From: Macrostomum lignano
Lineage: Eukaryota
Direction of reading: 5' to 3'
Assembly: GCA_002269645.1 (NCBI GenBank)
Contig: NIVC01003865.1
Location: 9,100-73,099 of the forward strand
DNA length: 64,000 bases
How positions within the stretch are numbered: the first letter of the stretch is position 1; each line of letters begins with the position of its first letter. Below, piece by piece: positions 36,063 to 47,320 of this stretch. The position numbers and the translations under genes are program-made. Under the pieces are notes generated by a model. The model saw only the letters and a list, made by a program, of their open reading frames with translations, ran no database searches and was not told where the DNA came from.

Positions 36063-39000
36063 TCACACGGAGAACTGCCGCTTAGCCTGCAGCCGGAAGA
36101 CTCCGTAATCAGACAGGTGCAACTCGCTACTGGGCGTCACCATTAGCAGCCGCCGCAGCAGCGCCAGCTGGTCAGCCGCGGTCTGGCCCGCTCGGTAGAC
36201 GGCCAGCAGCCTGGGATCGTAGGAGATCGGCCCTCCTGCCAGCTGATTGGCTCGGCGAACCTCCGACTGGCATTGGCAGACTCGACAAGCGCGGATGGTG
36301 TACCGACAGGTCCTGTTGGTTTTTTGCGGCCGGTTTCGGGTGGGGCCCTTTATTGCAGAGCATTCAACTGCATACGGCTATGTAACTGAAACCTTAGTGA
36401 CACCTTACACTTGGTGCAGTCTTGTGCATCAGTCTTTTTCAAACTCTTGTAGATTTATTACAACCTTGCTCATTCATTGCAGCATCTCTGCTTTTTATTG
36501 AATTATTTAATGACACATTGTAACCTTCTTACACATGTTGCAACCTTCTTACACACGATGTAACTTTCTTACACATGATGCAACCTTCTTACACATAATG
36601 TAACCTTCTTACACACGATGTAACCTTCTTACACATAATGTAACCTTACACATGATGCAACCTTCTTACACATGATGCAACATTCTTACACATGATGCAA
36701 CATTCTTACACATGATGCAACCTTCTTCTTACACATGATGCAACCTTCTTACACATGATGCAACCTTTTTAGACATGATGCTTTTTATTGAATTATTTAA
36801 TGACACATTGTAACCTTCTTACACATGTTGCAACCTTCTTACACACGATGTAACTTTCTTACACATGATGCAACCTTCTTACATATAATGTAATCTTCTT
36901 ACACACGATGTAACCTTACACATAATGTAACCTTACACATGATGTTACCTTCTTACACATGATGCAACCTTTTTACACATGATGCAACATTCTTACACAT
37001 GATGCAACCTTCTTCTTATACATGATGCAACCTTCTTCTTACACATAATGCAACCTTCTTACACATGATGCAACCTTCTTCTTACACATGATGCAACCTT
37101 TTTTAGACATGATGCAACATGCAACCTTCTTAGACACAATGCAACCTCATTAAAGGCATTTTGTATCCTTTCTCACACGTTGAAATTTTGCTCTTACATC
37201 GAACGTCTTCAACATACTCTGGAGTCAACCCTTCCCAAGTGAGCACCGCCAAAGCTGACCTGTGGTACAGACTGTCGCAGCCGTGGCAGTGCACAGCCAC
37301 CTGGCTGTACTTGTACACCAGTCGCCGAGTGTCCAGACAGACTGGACACACGCGCGGTGTGCAGCTCAGACAAGCGGCCCTGTGATTGGCTGCGCACTGG
37401 GCGATTCTGATTGGCTGGCTGGTCAGCTGAGCCCAGCGGCCCTGTGCCATGGCCAGCAGCTCGCCGGGCGTGAACTCGCTGACCCTGTCGGCGCTGTCGA
37501 CAGCATCATCGTCGACTGTGGGCTGGGCAAAGTACATGTAGTGCATGGAGCCCGGCACCTGGGATGAGGTGTGGTGTACATGGTTTTGGATTTAATTAGG
37601 GATGCTAAAATTAGTGACTTAATGCGAGCATATCTGGGTTTGGACTACATTAGATTTTCAAAGTTTAGACTTTACAACGCTTCAAATCAATTAATAAAAA
37701 TTAGGTACTAGGATGTGGTACAAGCAAGGTTAAAAAGCATAAATTAATTTATCCTAAAATCATAAAAATCATATTCCAATATACTTAAATTGATTTGTCT
37801 CTATTGTTTAATCTAAAAATTCAGAATTACCCCCAAAACGAAAAATCCTAGTGAAATCAAAAAATACAATTTGTGGGTTAAGTATTATTTCTAATTTAAG
37901 TTCCTACTATTGTATTCCAAAATTCTGATTAAATCCAAAATACCTAATATTTTCAAGCATCTATCGAGGGGTGTCTAAAAAGTAGTGATACTTTTAACTG
38001 TAGCTCTCGTTCTATAGCTTCCTGCGATTTAAAATTTGAACTGATAGATAGAACTGAACTGAATGAACTGATAGTGAAAAATCTCTTCTACAGACTGCTT
38101 TTTGAATTTTTAAAATTGATTCCAGAGAACAAAAGTTATACCCATGAAAGTAACAGTATATGTACCATAAAGTTACACAAATTATAGGCTGAGCTTTATG
38201 AGACCCATGCCGAGTAAGCTTCGATGAATTGTTGATTTCGGCTTGTCCAACCTGTCAGCGATCTCTCTAATGGTCATTCGGGAGTCCTCGTCAAGAAGAT
38301 TCAGAATGGAGTCCGCCAGTACATCAGGTCGATGAACGTATGGCCGCCCCGTCCGATGCTGATCTGCCAAATCAGTCCTTCCCTCGCTAAACTGCTCCAT
38401 CCATCGATAAACTGTCATTTTGCTGACCGCAGAGGATCCGTGCGCAGAGCAAAGTTTTGCGTGAATTGCTGAGTCACTTTGACCAGCGCCCCAAAGAGTG
38501 AAGATGGTACTTTGCTGAGCAACAACTGAGTGCACAGCCATGTGTGTTGTCGAGTATGGGCAATGAAATCAATTGCAAAATGCAAGCTCCTCTGTTTGCA
38601 AGTAAAGTAATGAATTTAATGCTTTATTTTTCTGCGCATGATTCTGTCCATAGACAAATTTCAGTCAGTCACAGTGAGCATCATTTTGCAATTGAGCTTT
38701 GGTATTGCTTAAGCAAGACATTTATCGATGCCTTCTTAATGAATGAGTGCAGAAGTCGACTAGTATAAATTTCGATATAGTTTGTGTAGCTCTATGGTAC
38801 AGGGACTGTTACTTTCGTGGGTATAACTTTTGTTCTCTGGAATCAATTTTAAAAATTCAAAAAGCAGTCTGTAGAATAGATTTCCCGCTATATTAGTTCA
38901 TACAATTTTAAATCACATGCAGCTATAGAACGAGAGCTACGGTTAAAAGTATCACTACTTTTTGGACACCCTCGTAACTTTTCATTTCACGAGCTAAAGT

Positions 39001-42000
39001 CGATTGGCTGCGACATGTCGGGAGCACGAGAATTTCCCGCGACATTTTTCCCGCCGAGGTTTGCCCGCAAATGTTTTTTCCTGCAGCGCATTTGGCCAGC
39101 TAGAAGATTCTGTCTGCATTGCCACCCGCCAATGCTTAGTATTGCGTAAGTCTTAATAAAGAGATTTATGGAAGAAAGCGACATTGCATAGGCTTGAATT
39201 AATATTTGCTCACCGATGTACCCCTGCGTGTATAGAGCATTGCGGGCAAACCTCAGCGAGAAAAAATACTCGGCGGGCAATTCTCATGGACCCGTACATG
39301 TCTGAGGATCAGAAAGTCAGGACCGCTGTACACCCTGGGTGAGCGTGTGTATGAGTGCGTGCCAGCGTACAGTATTGGCACGCTCGAATGTGCTCAGGAG
39401 CATGTTTGGGCCCAACCTAGGGATTCACCCGGCCGTTTCTATAGGCAACACACACATGTAAGTCGCTATTGGACGGAATAGTAGTCACGTGACTGCTCTC
39501 AGCCAATAGCGACTTACATGTGTGTGTTGCCAATAGAAACGGCCGAGTGATTCCCAAGGTTGCGCATGTATGCAGTCAAGAGTCGGTGGATCATGGGCAG
39601 AATTGCCGCAGCGCTGGTTGAGCGGGACGATGTCGCCGAAGACGTTGCGCCAGGGTATCTGCAGGCCCTCTCGTAAAATTAAAATTGTAATTCTTGTCCC
39701 AATCTGCACTTGAAACATTCCAAGCCAGTCTGAGCTCCGCAATTTTTTCCCATTTCCCTTCCCCGAGACTCGCCTCATCCGCCAGACGGTCCCGCATGTC
39801 CGGGCACAGCCAGCTCGCCAGCAGCGACTGTCGGGCCCTGACCCGAGCGTCAATCACATCGCCGAGCTTCAGTAGGAACGGCGCCTTCGTCCAGGCGGCC
39901 AAATCGGGGTCGCCGCGGTCGCCGAGTCGCAGCGCCAGGCGGTCCTGGGAGGCGCGCAGCAGGCCGAGGGCGCGTCGGCAGACGGGGACCGGGGTGCAGT
40001 CGCCCGAGGCCAGCAGTCTCGATGGCAGCACGGCCCGATCGTTCCAATGGCAGAGCGAGCAGCAGCGCTGGCCGTAGTAGTGGCAGTAGCGAGCGGCACC
40101 GCTGTATGACGTCATCTCGGCGCCGCACTGGCCGCAGTGAGTTGCGCCCCGGATCTTCGATGCCCAGCTGCTGGACAGAAGCCGCTGGAACACGGGATGC
40201 GTGCGACTTTCTTTCAAATATATTTGCACCTGGCAAAGTCCTTTGATCCCACGAATCCCAATATGGACTATGGAGTACAATTCTGATCCCATAATGCACG
40301 GACCCGACCATTCTCCTCGGCATTTATCCTCAATAAATAATTATCTGGTGATCGGCTCGCAATGATCAGACTAGTATTCCCCATGATAATCTAATCCGTC
40401 CTCATCGGGTGCAGGTCGTTTCGGTGAGTCAGTTCGATCGGTGACAGTCAGTTCGATCGGTGACAGTCAGTTCGATCGGTGACAGTCAGTTCGATCGGTG
40501 ACAGTCAGTTCGATCGGTGACAGTCAGTTCGATCGGTGACAGTCAGTTCGATCGGTGACAGTCAGTTCGATCGGTGACAGTCAGTTCGGTGACAAGTCAT
40601 TTCGGTGACAAGTCAGTTCGGTGACAGTCAGTTCGGTGACAGTCAGTTCGGTGACAGTCAGTTCGGTGACAGTCATTTCGGTGACAAGTCAGTTCGGTGA
40701 CAGTCAGTTCGGTGACAGTCAGTTCGGTGACAAGTCAGTTCGGTGACAGTCATTTCGGTGACAGTCATTTCGGTGACAGTCAGTTCGGTGACAGTCAGTT
40801 CGGTGACAAGTCAGTTCGGTAACAAGTCAGTTCGGTGACAAGTCAGTTCGGTGACAGTCAGTTCGGTGACAAGTCAGTTCGGTGACAAGTCAGTTCGGTG
40901 ACAAGTCATTTTGGTTACAAGTCAATTTGGTTACAAGTCAGTTCGGTGACAAGTCAGTTCGGTGACAAGTCAGTTCGGTGACAAATCAGTTCGGTGACAA
41001 GTCAGTTCGGTGACAAGTCAGTTCGGTGACAGTCAGTTCAGTGACAAGTCAGTTCGGTGACAAGTCATTTCGGTGACAAGTCATTTCGGTGACAAGTCAG
41101 TTCGGTGACAGTCAGTTCGGTGACAAGTCAGTTCGGTGACAAGTCAGTTCGGTGACAAGTCAGTTCGGTGACAAGTCAGTTCGGTGACAAGTCAGTTCGG
41201 TGACAAGTCAATTCGGTGACAAGTCAGTTCAGTGACAAGTCAGTTCGGTGACAGTCAGTTCGGTGACAGTCAGTTCGGTGACAGTCAGTTCGGTGACAAG
41301 TCAGTTCGGTGACAAGTCAGTTCGGTGACAAGTCAGTTCGGTGACAAGTCAGTTCAGTGACAAGTCAGTTCGGTGACAAGTCAGTTCGGTGACAAGTCAG
41401 TTCGGTGACAAGTCAGTTCGGTGACAAGTCAGTTCAGTGACAAGTCAGTTCAGTGACAAGTCAGTTCGGTGACAAGTCAGTTCGGTGACAAGTCAGTTCA
41501 GTGACAAGTCATTTTGGTTACGTTGCTCGTATTCTGTTTGCCATCGAACCAGCTGAAATCCTTTCTTCATCAGGACAAAAAGTCTGAGAACTTGTACGAG
41601 CTAACTAGGCCTTAGAAGCTTCATCCACTACCAGCAATAATAGCACAGATGGAGATGTAAGTGATGATAAAACGATAAAACAAATACATAGCTTACCGGC
41701 GGTCCCCAGTCCAGCTTGGCTTCTCCACTGTCCACCATCGCCACCGGGCAGCTGTGCACCCGGTTCTTACCGGCGCCAGAGGACGCACCCTGTTCCAGCA
41801 GGCAGGCCCGGTGAAGGCCCAGGCCGCACAGTCTGCACCGGTAGTGCTGAGGCCTGCCGCCTGCAGTGCCACCAGCAGCCCGGCCAGTGGCGGCCAGCAC
41901 CAGCCAGCTCTGCAGCGACAGCAGCCGCTTCGCGCACTGTTCGCACCGGTCGCTGCATGCGATTTCGGCAGAAGTACCGGCCGGTCTGTTGCTGGTGGTG

Positions 42001-42071
42001 GTGGTGGTTAGACTTAGCCGGCCTGCTGTCACCGGTTGAAGGCTGTGGCCGCGAAATACGAAGCAGGTCAT
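36063..42071 (-). CDS. DEF8: DEF8-like protein (C1 domain plus Rubicon-homology/zf-RING_9 domain); exons 42071-41697, 40229-39774, 39658-39518, 37522-37260, 36312-36063
   Basis: C1: GHSLQP...CEQCAKRL...YRCRLCGLGLHRAC...C. RH domain: CGQCG...RYCHYYGQRCCSLCHWNDRAVLPSRLL and CLSC..RVCPVC...CHGCDSLYHRTC....CRVC. Exon phases are consistent; the start codon and the middle exon boundaries are less certain. Confidence 0.8.
36515..37130. repeat. ~20-bp minisatellite (CAACCTTCTTACACATGATG)n containing a 290-bp block duplication
   Basis: Unique flank CTTTTTATTGAATTATTTAATGACACATTG occurs at 36491 and again at 36781. Confidence 0.93.
37965..38974 (-). mobile_element. Internally deleted mariner element with ~200-bp TIRs, retaining the N-terminal HTH ORF (38541-38182, 119 aa)
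   Basis: CGAGGGGTGTCTAAAAAGTAGTGATAC... versus ...GTATCACTACTTTTTGGACACCCTCG|TA. The ORF reads IHAKLCSAHG...VSKMTVYRWMEQFSEGR..L.DQHRTGRP...DSRMTIREIADRL..PKSTIHRSL (mariner bipartite HTH); no DD34D domain. Confidence 0.9.
39020..39293. mobile_element. MULE-like MITE with ~50-bp TIRs and a degenerate 9-bp TSD; related remnant at ~20349-20489
   Basis: GAGAATTTCCCGC...GAGGTTTGCCCGCAAATG is inverted at 39238-39285; flanks CGACATGTC / GTACATGTC. Confidence 0.65.
39294..39410 (+). mobile_element. Dispersed repeat, probable SINE, truncated copy 2
   Basis: GTACATGTCTGAGGATCAGAAAGTCAG... is shared with 61621 onward. Confidence 0.75.
39414..39561. mobile_element. 148-bp palindromic (foldback) element: 59-bp arms and a 30-bp spacer containing AGTCACGTGACT
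   Basis: AACCTAGGGATTCACCCGGCCGTTTCTATAGGCAACACACACATGTAAGTCGCTATTGG is inverted with about 4 mismatches; no clear TSD. Confidence 0.85.
40425..41520. repeat. 15/16/19-bp minisatellite (CAGTTCGGTGACA[A]GT)n, DEF8 intron
   Basis: Direct reading. Confidence 0.96.
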
Positions 42072-43098
42072 TACAGATTTATTTGACTATTGATTAACCG
42101 ATAGTAAAAGTTGCAGGTTTTATTCTTTCTGAAATGGCTATCGCGCGTGTCTTCCAGTCTTCTTTTGCCCTCGCTTCACCCTTGTTAATTCAGTTTGTTC
42201 TGTTCTGTCTCTCTCTCCCTCTCTCCTGTCTTCCTAGCCTCCCTTTTCTTTTCTTCTTGTGGAATAGCATTGGCTGCGGTTACGTAATCTCCCTTGACTC
42301 ACCTTGCCCCAAAGGCAAGTCGGAATTCTGGCCTTATTATTGGAGCCTGCACAGGGAGGGGGGGCAGTGTACAAATGTTGTGCGAGTCCCCGATATGACG
42401 TGATATAGCTATATGGAGTGGGAATGAGTCATATTATCAAAGAAATATAGGCTTGCTTTCTACTGTGGAATTACGCGATCGAGCTAATATTATACAGCTG
42501 TAATTTTAAGCACAAGTAATTTTATACGTAGAAGTAAAAAGAAAGATGATGGCTCGATCGATCTTTTCTAAGTTGCACACGCGAAATTTGTACGCGTGTG
42601 TCAAAATTGCTATGTCATAAATAATTGGGGGATATGCATCCAACCGTCCATAAATCTCTCTATACCTTATACTGTTTGGTTTGCTTGCATATATATATGA
42701 TAAAATAAGTCCTGATCACAATAAATGTTTCTCTCAATGTTTTTGAGATAAAAACAATTGCTGAGCAGGCAGTTCAACAGTTTCTTGCGATGATATAGCA
42801 CAATTGTCTATAGTCTATACTTTCAGTACGTGTTAAACAATGTAATTAAAGCCAAAGGCTGATAAGAAATTCCATATTTAAATTCTTTCTTTATTCCTTA
42901 TTTATATGGGCAAGAAACAGCAGGTGCACTTATAGTTGTTGAACATGCAGAAGCCTAATATTTTATGTTTAGTGCTTAAGAATAAGGTTTTCATGGGCTC
43001 ATCATATTATTATTGGTGGTAGCATGGGCAAGTCAGGTGGTGGGAATGATGGAAAGCGCGTTTGGACACCGACCGCATTGGATAGTATTGCGTGCAAA

Positions 43099-46000
43099 GG
43101 GGATGTCAACTTAAGCACCAGAATGGAGCCCGAAGTTCAGCTCCGGACCAAACCGACTGCAATCGATAACTTGTCGGCCTAGACGACTAGAATCGCCGAG
43201 ACATCCCATCCGGCTCCCTTCCTTGGGGTCCCAGGGGATAAAGGGGATAAAATGGGGATCTCATGTCAACTTAAGCACCAGAATGGAGCCCGAAGTTCAG
43301 CTCCGGACCAAACCGACTGCAATCGATAACTTGTCGGCCTAGACGACTAGAATCGCCGAGACATCCCATCCGGCTCCCTTCCTTGGGGTCCCAGGGGATA
43401 AAGGGGATAAAATGGGGATCTCATGTCAACTTAAGGCTCTGGAATGGAGCCCGAAGTTCAGCTGCGGACCAAACCGACTGCAATCGATAACTTGTCGGCC
43501 TAGACGACTAGAATCGCCGAGACATCCCATCCGGCTCCCTTCCTTGGGGTCCCAGGGGATAAAGGGGATAAAATGGGGATCTCATGTCAACTTAAGCACC
43601 AGAATGGAGCCCGAAGTTCAGCTCCGGACCAAACCGACTGCAATCGATAACTTGTCGGCCTAGACGACTAGAATCGCCGAGACATCCCATCCGGCTCCCT
43701 TCCTTGGGGTCCCAGGGGATAAAGGGGATAAAATGGGGATCTCATGTCAACTTAAGGCTCTGGAATGGAGCCCGAAGTTCAGCTGCGGACCAAACCGACT
43801 GCAATCGATAACTTGTCGGCCCAGACGACTAGAATCGCCGAGACATCCCATCCGGCTCCCTTCCTTGGGGTCCCAGGGGATAAAGGGGATAAAATGGGGA
43901 TCTCATGTCAACTTAAGGCTCTGGAATGGAGCCCGAAGTTCAGCTCCGGACCAAACCGACTGCAATCGATAACTTGTCGGCCCAGACGACTAGAATCGCC
44001 GAGACATCCCATCCGGCTCCCTTCCTTGGGGTCCCAGGGGATAAAGGGGATAAAATGGGGATCTCATGTCAACTTAAGGCTCTGGAATGGAGCCCGAAGT
44101 TCAGCTGCGGACCAAACCGACTGCAATCGATAACTTGTCGGCCCAGACGACTAGAATCGCCGAGACATCCCATCCGGCTCCCTTCCTTGGGGTCCCAGGG
44201 GATAAAGGGGATAAAATGGGGATCTCATGTCAACTTAAGCACCAGAATGGAGCCCGAAGTTCAGCTCCGGACCAAACCGACTGCAATCGATAACTTGTCG
44301 GCCTAGACGACTAGAATCGCCGAGACATCCCATCCGGCTCCCTTCCTTGGGGTCCCAGGGGATAAAGGGGATAAAATGGGGATCTCATGTCAACTTAAGG
44401 CTCTGGAATGGAGCCCGAAGTTCAGCTGCGGACCAAACCGACTGCAATCGATAACTTGTCGGCCTAGACGACTAGAATCGCCGAGACATCCCATCCGGCT
44501 CCCTTCCTTGGGGTCCCAGGGGATAAAGGGGATAAAATGGGGATCTCATGTCAACTTAAGCACCAGAATGGAGCCCGAAGTTCAGCTCCGGACCAAACCG
44601 ACTGCAATCGATAACTTGTCGGCCTAGACGACTAGAATCGCCGAGACATCCCATCCGGCTCCCTTCCTTGGGGTCCCAGGGGATAAAGGGGATAAAATGG
44701 GGATCTCATGTCAACTTAAGGCTCTGGAATGGAGCCCGAAGTTCAGCTGCGGACCAAACCGACTGCAATCGATAACTTGTCGGCCCAGACGACTAGAATC
44801 GCCGAGACATCCCATCCGGCTCCCTTCCTTGGGGTCCCAGGGGATAAAGGGGATAAAATGGGGATCTCATGTCAACTTAAGGCTCTGGAATGGAGCCCGA
44901 AGTTCAGCTCCGGACCAAACCGACTGCAATCGATAACTTGTCGGCCCAGACGACTAGAATCGCCGAGACATCCCATCCGGCTCCCTTCCTTGGGGTCCCA
45001 GGGGATAAAGGGGATAAAATGGGGATCTCATGTCAACTTAAGGCTCTGGAATGGAGCCCGAAGTTCAGCTGCGGACCAAACCGACTGCAATCGATAACTT
45101 GTCGGCCCAGACGACTAGAATCGCCGAGACATCCCATCCGGCTCCCTTCCTTGGGGTCCCAGGGGATAAAGGGGATAAAATGGGGATCTCATGTCAACTT
45201 AAGGCTCTGGAATGGAGCCCGAAGTTCAGCTGCGGACCAAACCGACTGCAATCGATAACTTGTCGGCCCAGACGACTAGAATCGCAGAGACATCCGCTGT
45301 GCCACTATGTTCCGCTATGTGCTGCTTTGCTGCCATTAAGCAGGACTAATATGTTAACGAGAGGTACAAACCGTATCAGTGGCTGCCGTCAGCCGGCTTC
45401 AGTGAGCCCAGCCGATTAGACGTTGTTATCGAGACCTCGATGGCAAAGTACAACCGGGCGCATCCAGGTTTTGAATCATTTAAACAGCTTCCACCGTCAT
45501 GGACAGGGCTATTGTTGTTCGAATTCGGTCAGAATTTCATGCGCCGAGTGTTCTTGTCCAACGAACTGGACGAAATTGAGCAGCTGCACTTCAACTGTGA
45601 TCTGAAGCGTGTTCCCCTGCTAACACAAGGGCATGGATTGCTGTCAACCCGCTGGATCCAAAAAGCTCGGGGTTCCCCCAATTCACACAGAGAATTTGTC
45701 AGAGGTTTCGGTGGGTCCGTATCAACTAAATCAAGCCGATGATTACATTCAAAACATTCGTGTCAAGGAGGTTCTCGGTAGCTACGAAGGTGACTCCTGG
45801 AGAGACTTTGAGTCGCTCACATCCGAACTTCCGAGCCACCTGAAGTGTTGGAAGTTTCGGCAAGAGACGCCGCTAGAAAACTGGAGCAACCTATTCGGTC
45901 GGTGGCATCCGTCTTGATTTTTCTAGCTGTCGTTTTCTCGCGCCATACTCGTAATTCGAAATCCTACCGCGTGATTCTTAGAGTGTGTGACAGCAGCAGA

Positions 46001-46589
46001 CAATCGCTTTGGTTTTAGAGATCCAGGATTGCAACTTCTTCATGGCTACTACTCATCAGCAAAAGCTGGAAGTAGGACTGCAGGCCGCCATTGTCATGTA
46101 ATGGCAGTGCTCAAACTCCTGGGCTGCTACGCTTACCACCAAGATAGCTATCGAAGGTCTGGTGCCAGCCTTCGCTTTGTTGATTCCGCTCTTCCACGCA
46201 GCCTTGTTGCCAGACTTTATGCCAGAGAAAATGCTTTACCACAGCAGCGGAAGCCTACTGAGCAACAGTCTAGCGGCCAGCAAGAGGAGTTTCAGTCAGC
46301 CCAAGGAAGGGAGCCGGATGGGATGTCTCGGCGATTCTAGTCGTCTGGGCCGACAAGTTATCGATTGCAGTCGGTTTGGTCCGCAGCTGAACTTCGGGCT
46401 CCATTCCAGAGCCTTAAGTTGGCATGAGATCCCCATTTTATCCCCTTTATCCCCTGGGACCCCAAGGAAGGGAGCCGGATGGGATGTCTCGGCGATTCTA
46501 GTCGTCTGGGCCGACAAGTTATCGATTGCAGTCGGTTTGGTCCGGAGCTGAACTTCGGGCTCCATTCTGGTGCTTAAGTTGACATCCCC
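43099..46589 (+). mobile_element. Foldback DNA transposon relic: TIRs composed of 160/161-bp tandem repeats (left ~13.7 units, right ~1.8 units) around a decayed transposase
   Basis: Begins GGGGATGTCAACTTAAGCACCAGAATGG and ends CCATTCTGGTGCTTAAGTTGACATCCCC; 46300-46589 is the reverse complement of the satellite. Confidence 0.85.
45350..46140 (+). pseudogene. Decayed C-terminal part of a DDE_Tnp_4 (PIF/Harbinger/ISL2EU-like) transposase with a SWIM-like motif
   Basis: Across frameshifts: LSTRW..., FPQFTQENLSEVSVGPYQLNQADDYIQ, LHGYYSSAKAGSRTAGRHCHVMAVLKLLG. This resembles the FPxLxxxxL..GxYQLxQA..Y and GYYCxCKxGxRTxGxCxHVxxVLxxLG pattern as I recall it; not verified by search. Confidence 0.55.
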
Positions 46590-46709
46590 TTTTGAAATTT
46601 GCACGAACTATACGAGGCCGTATATAATAGACCCTCATATAGTGGTAAGTGGTTCCAGTTTTGCCTGTTCAAAATGTATTCTTAGTCTTATTATTAAGGC
46701 TTAAAGTCA

Positions 46710-46830
46710 TGGCAGATACCAGCAGATACTGGTAGATACCATGCAGTAGATATGGCAGATACATGGCAGATACCAGCAGAGACCAGCAGAGACCAGCAGA
46801 GACCAGCAGATACCAGCAGATACCAGCAGA
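46710..46830. repeat. 10-bp repeat (AGA(T/G)ACCAGC)n at the 5' junction of a LINE fragment
   Basis: Direct reading. Confidence 0.9.
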
Positions 46831-46834
46831 GCCA

Positions 46835-47320
46835 TTGTAATGTCGCTGTGCAGAATTGCAAAAATTACTAAGCTGAGTAGCACCACCCTCAGAATGCTGT
46901 ACAGGGCATACGGAGAAAGCGCTCTCACCTATGGAGCGCCAATCCTGAGCCAAATTTGTGCGACTAACCAAATCAAATTGCAGAAAATTCAAAACCTGGC
47001 TCTCCGTATCTGCTATGGTGTGCCATCCTACATCAGCATCGAATACCTGCACAAGCTGGCAGGTATGCCGATGCTCGCAGACAGGGTCAAGCAGCTGGGG
47101 GTGGCTTGGCTGCTCTAGATGAGGGCAGCCAAGCTCCACAGCTTCCACATTGAGCCGGAAGCCCCTCGGGCTCCGGGCCGAACCCCCGTCCTCAATGTCC
47201 TCTGGGATGCCATGAGGCGTCGGGATAGAAACAGGGGATTCCCACCCCAGGGTTAGGCTGGCCACCAGCCTCCCAAACCGGAAGTGACCACGCTCTGAAA
47301 CGCAATTAATAAAACTAAAC
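46835..47320 (+). mobile_element. 5'-truncated non-LTR retrotransposon 3' end (Jockey/I-like post-RT region)
   Basis: LRMLYRAYGESALTYGAPI...NQIKLQKIQNLALRICYGVPSYISIEYLHKLAGMPMLADRV, the typical LINE thumb/C-terminal pattern, with an in-frame stop at 47118. Confidence 0.75.

Noticed and set aside
43099-46589. 161-bp repeats as a CRISPR array, coding repeat or hammerhead-containing satellite
   Set aside because: There are no unique spacers and the context is eukaryotic. The ORFs are repeat-derived, and no CUGANGA/GAAA core is present on either strand of the monomer.
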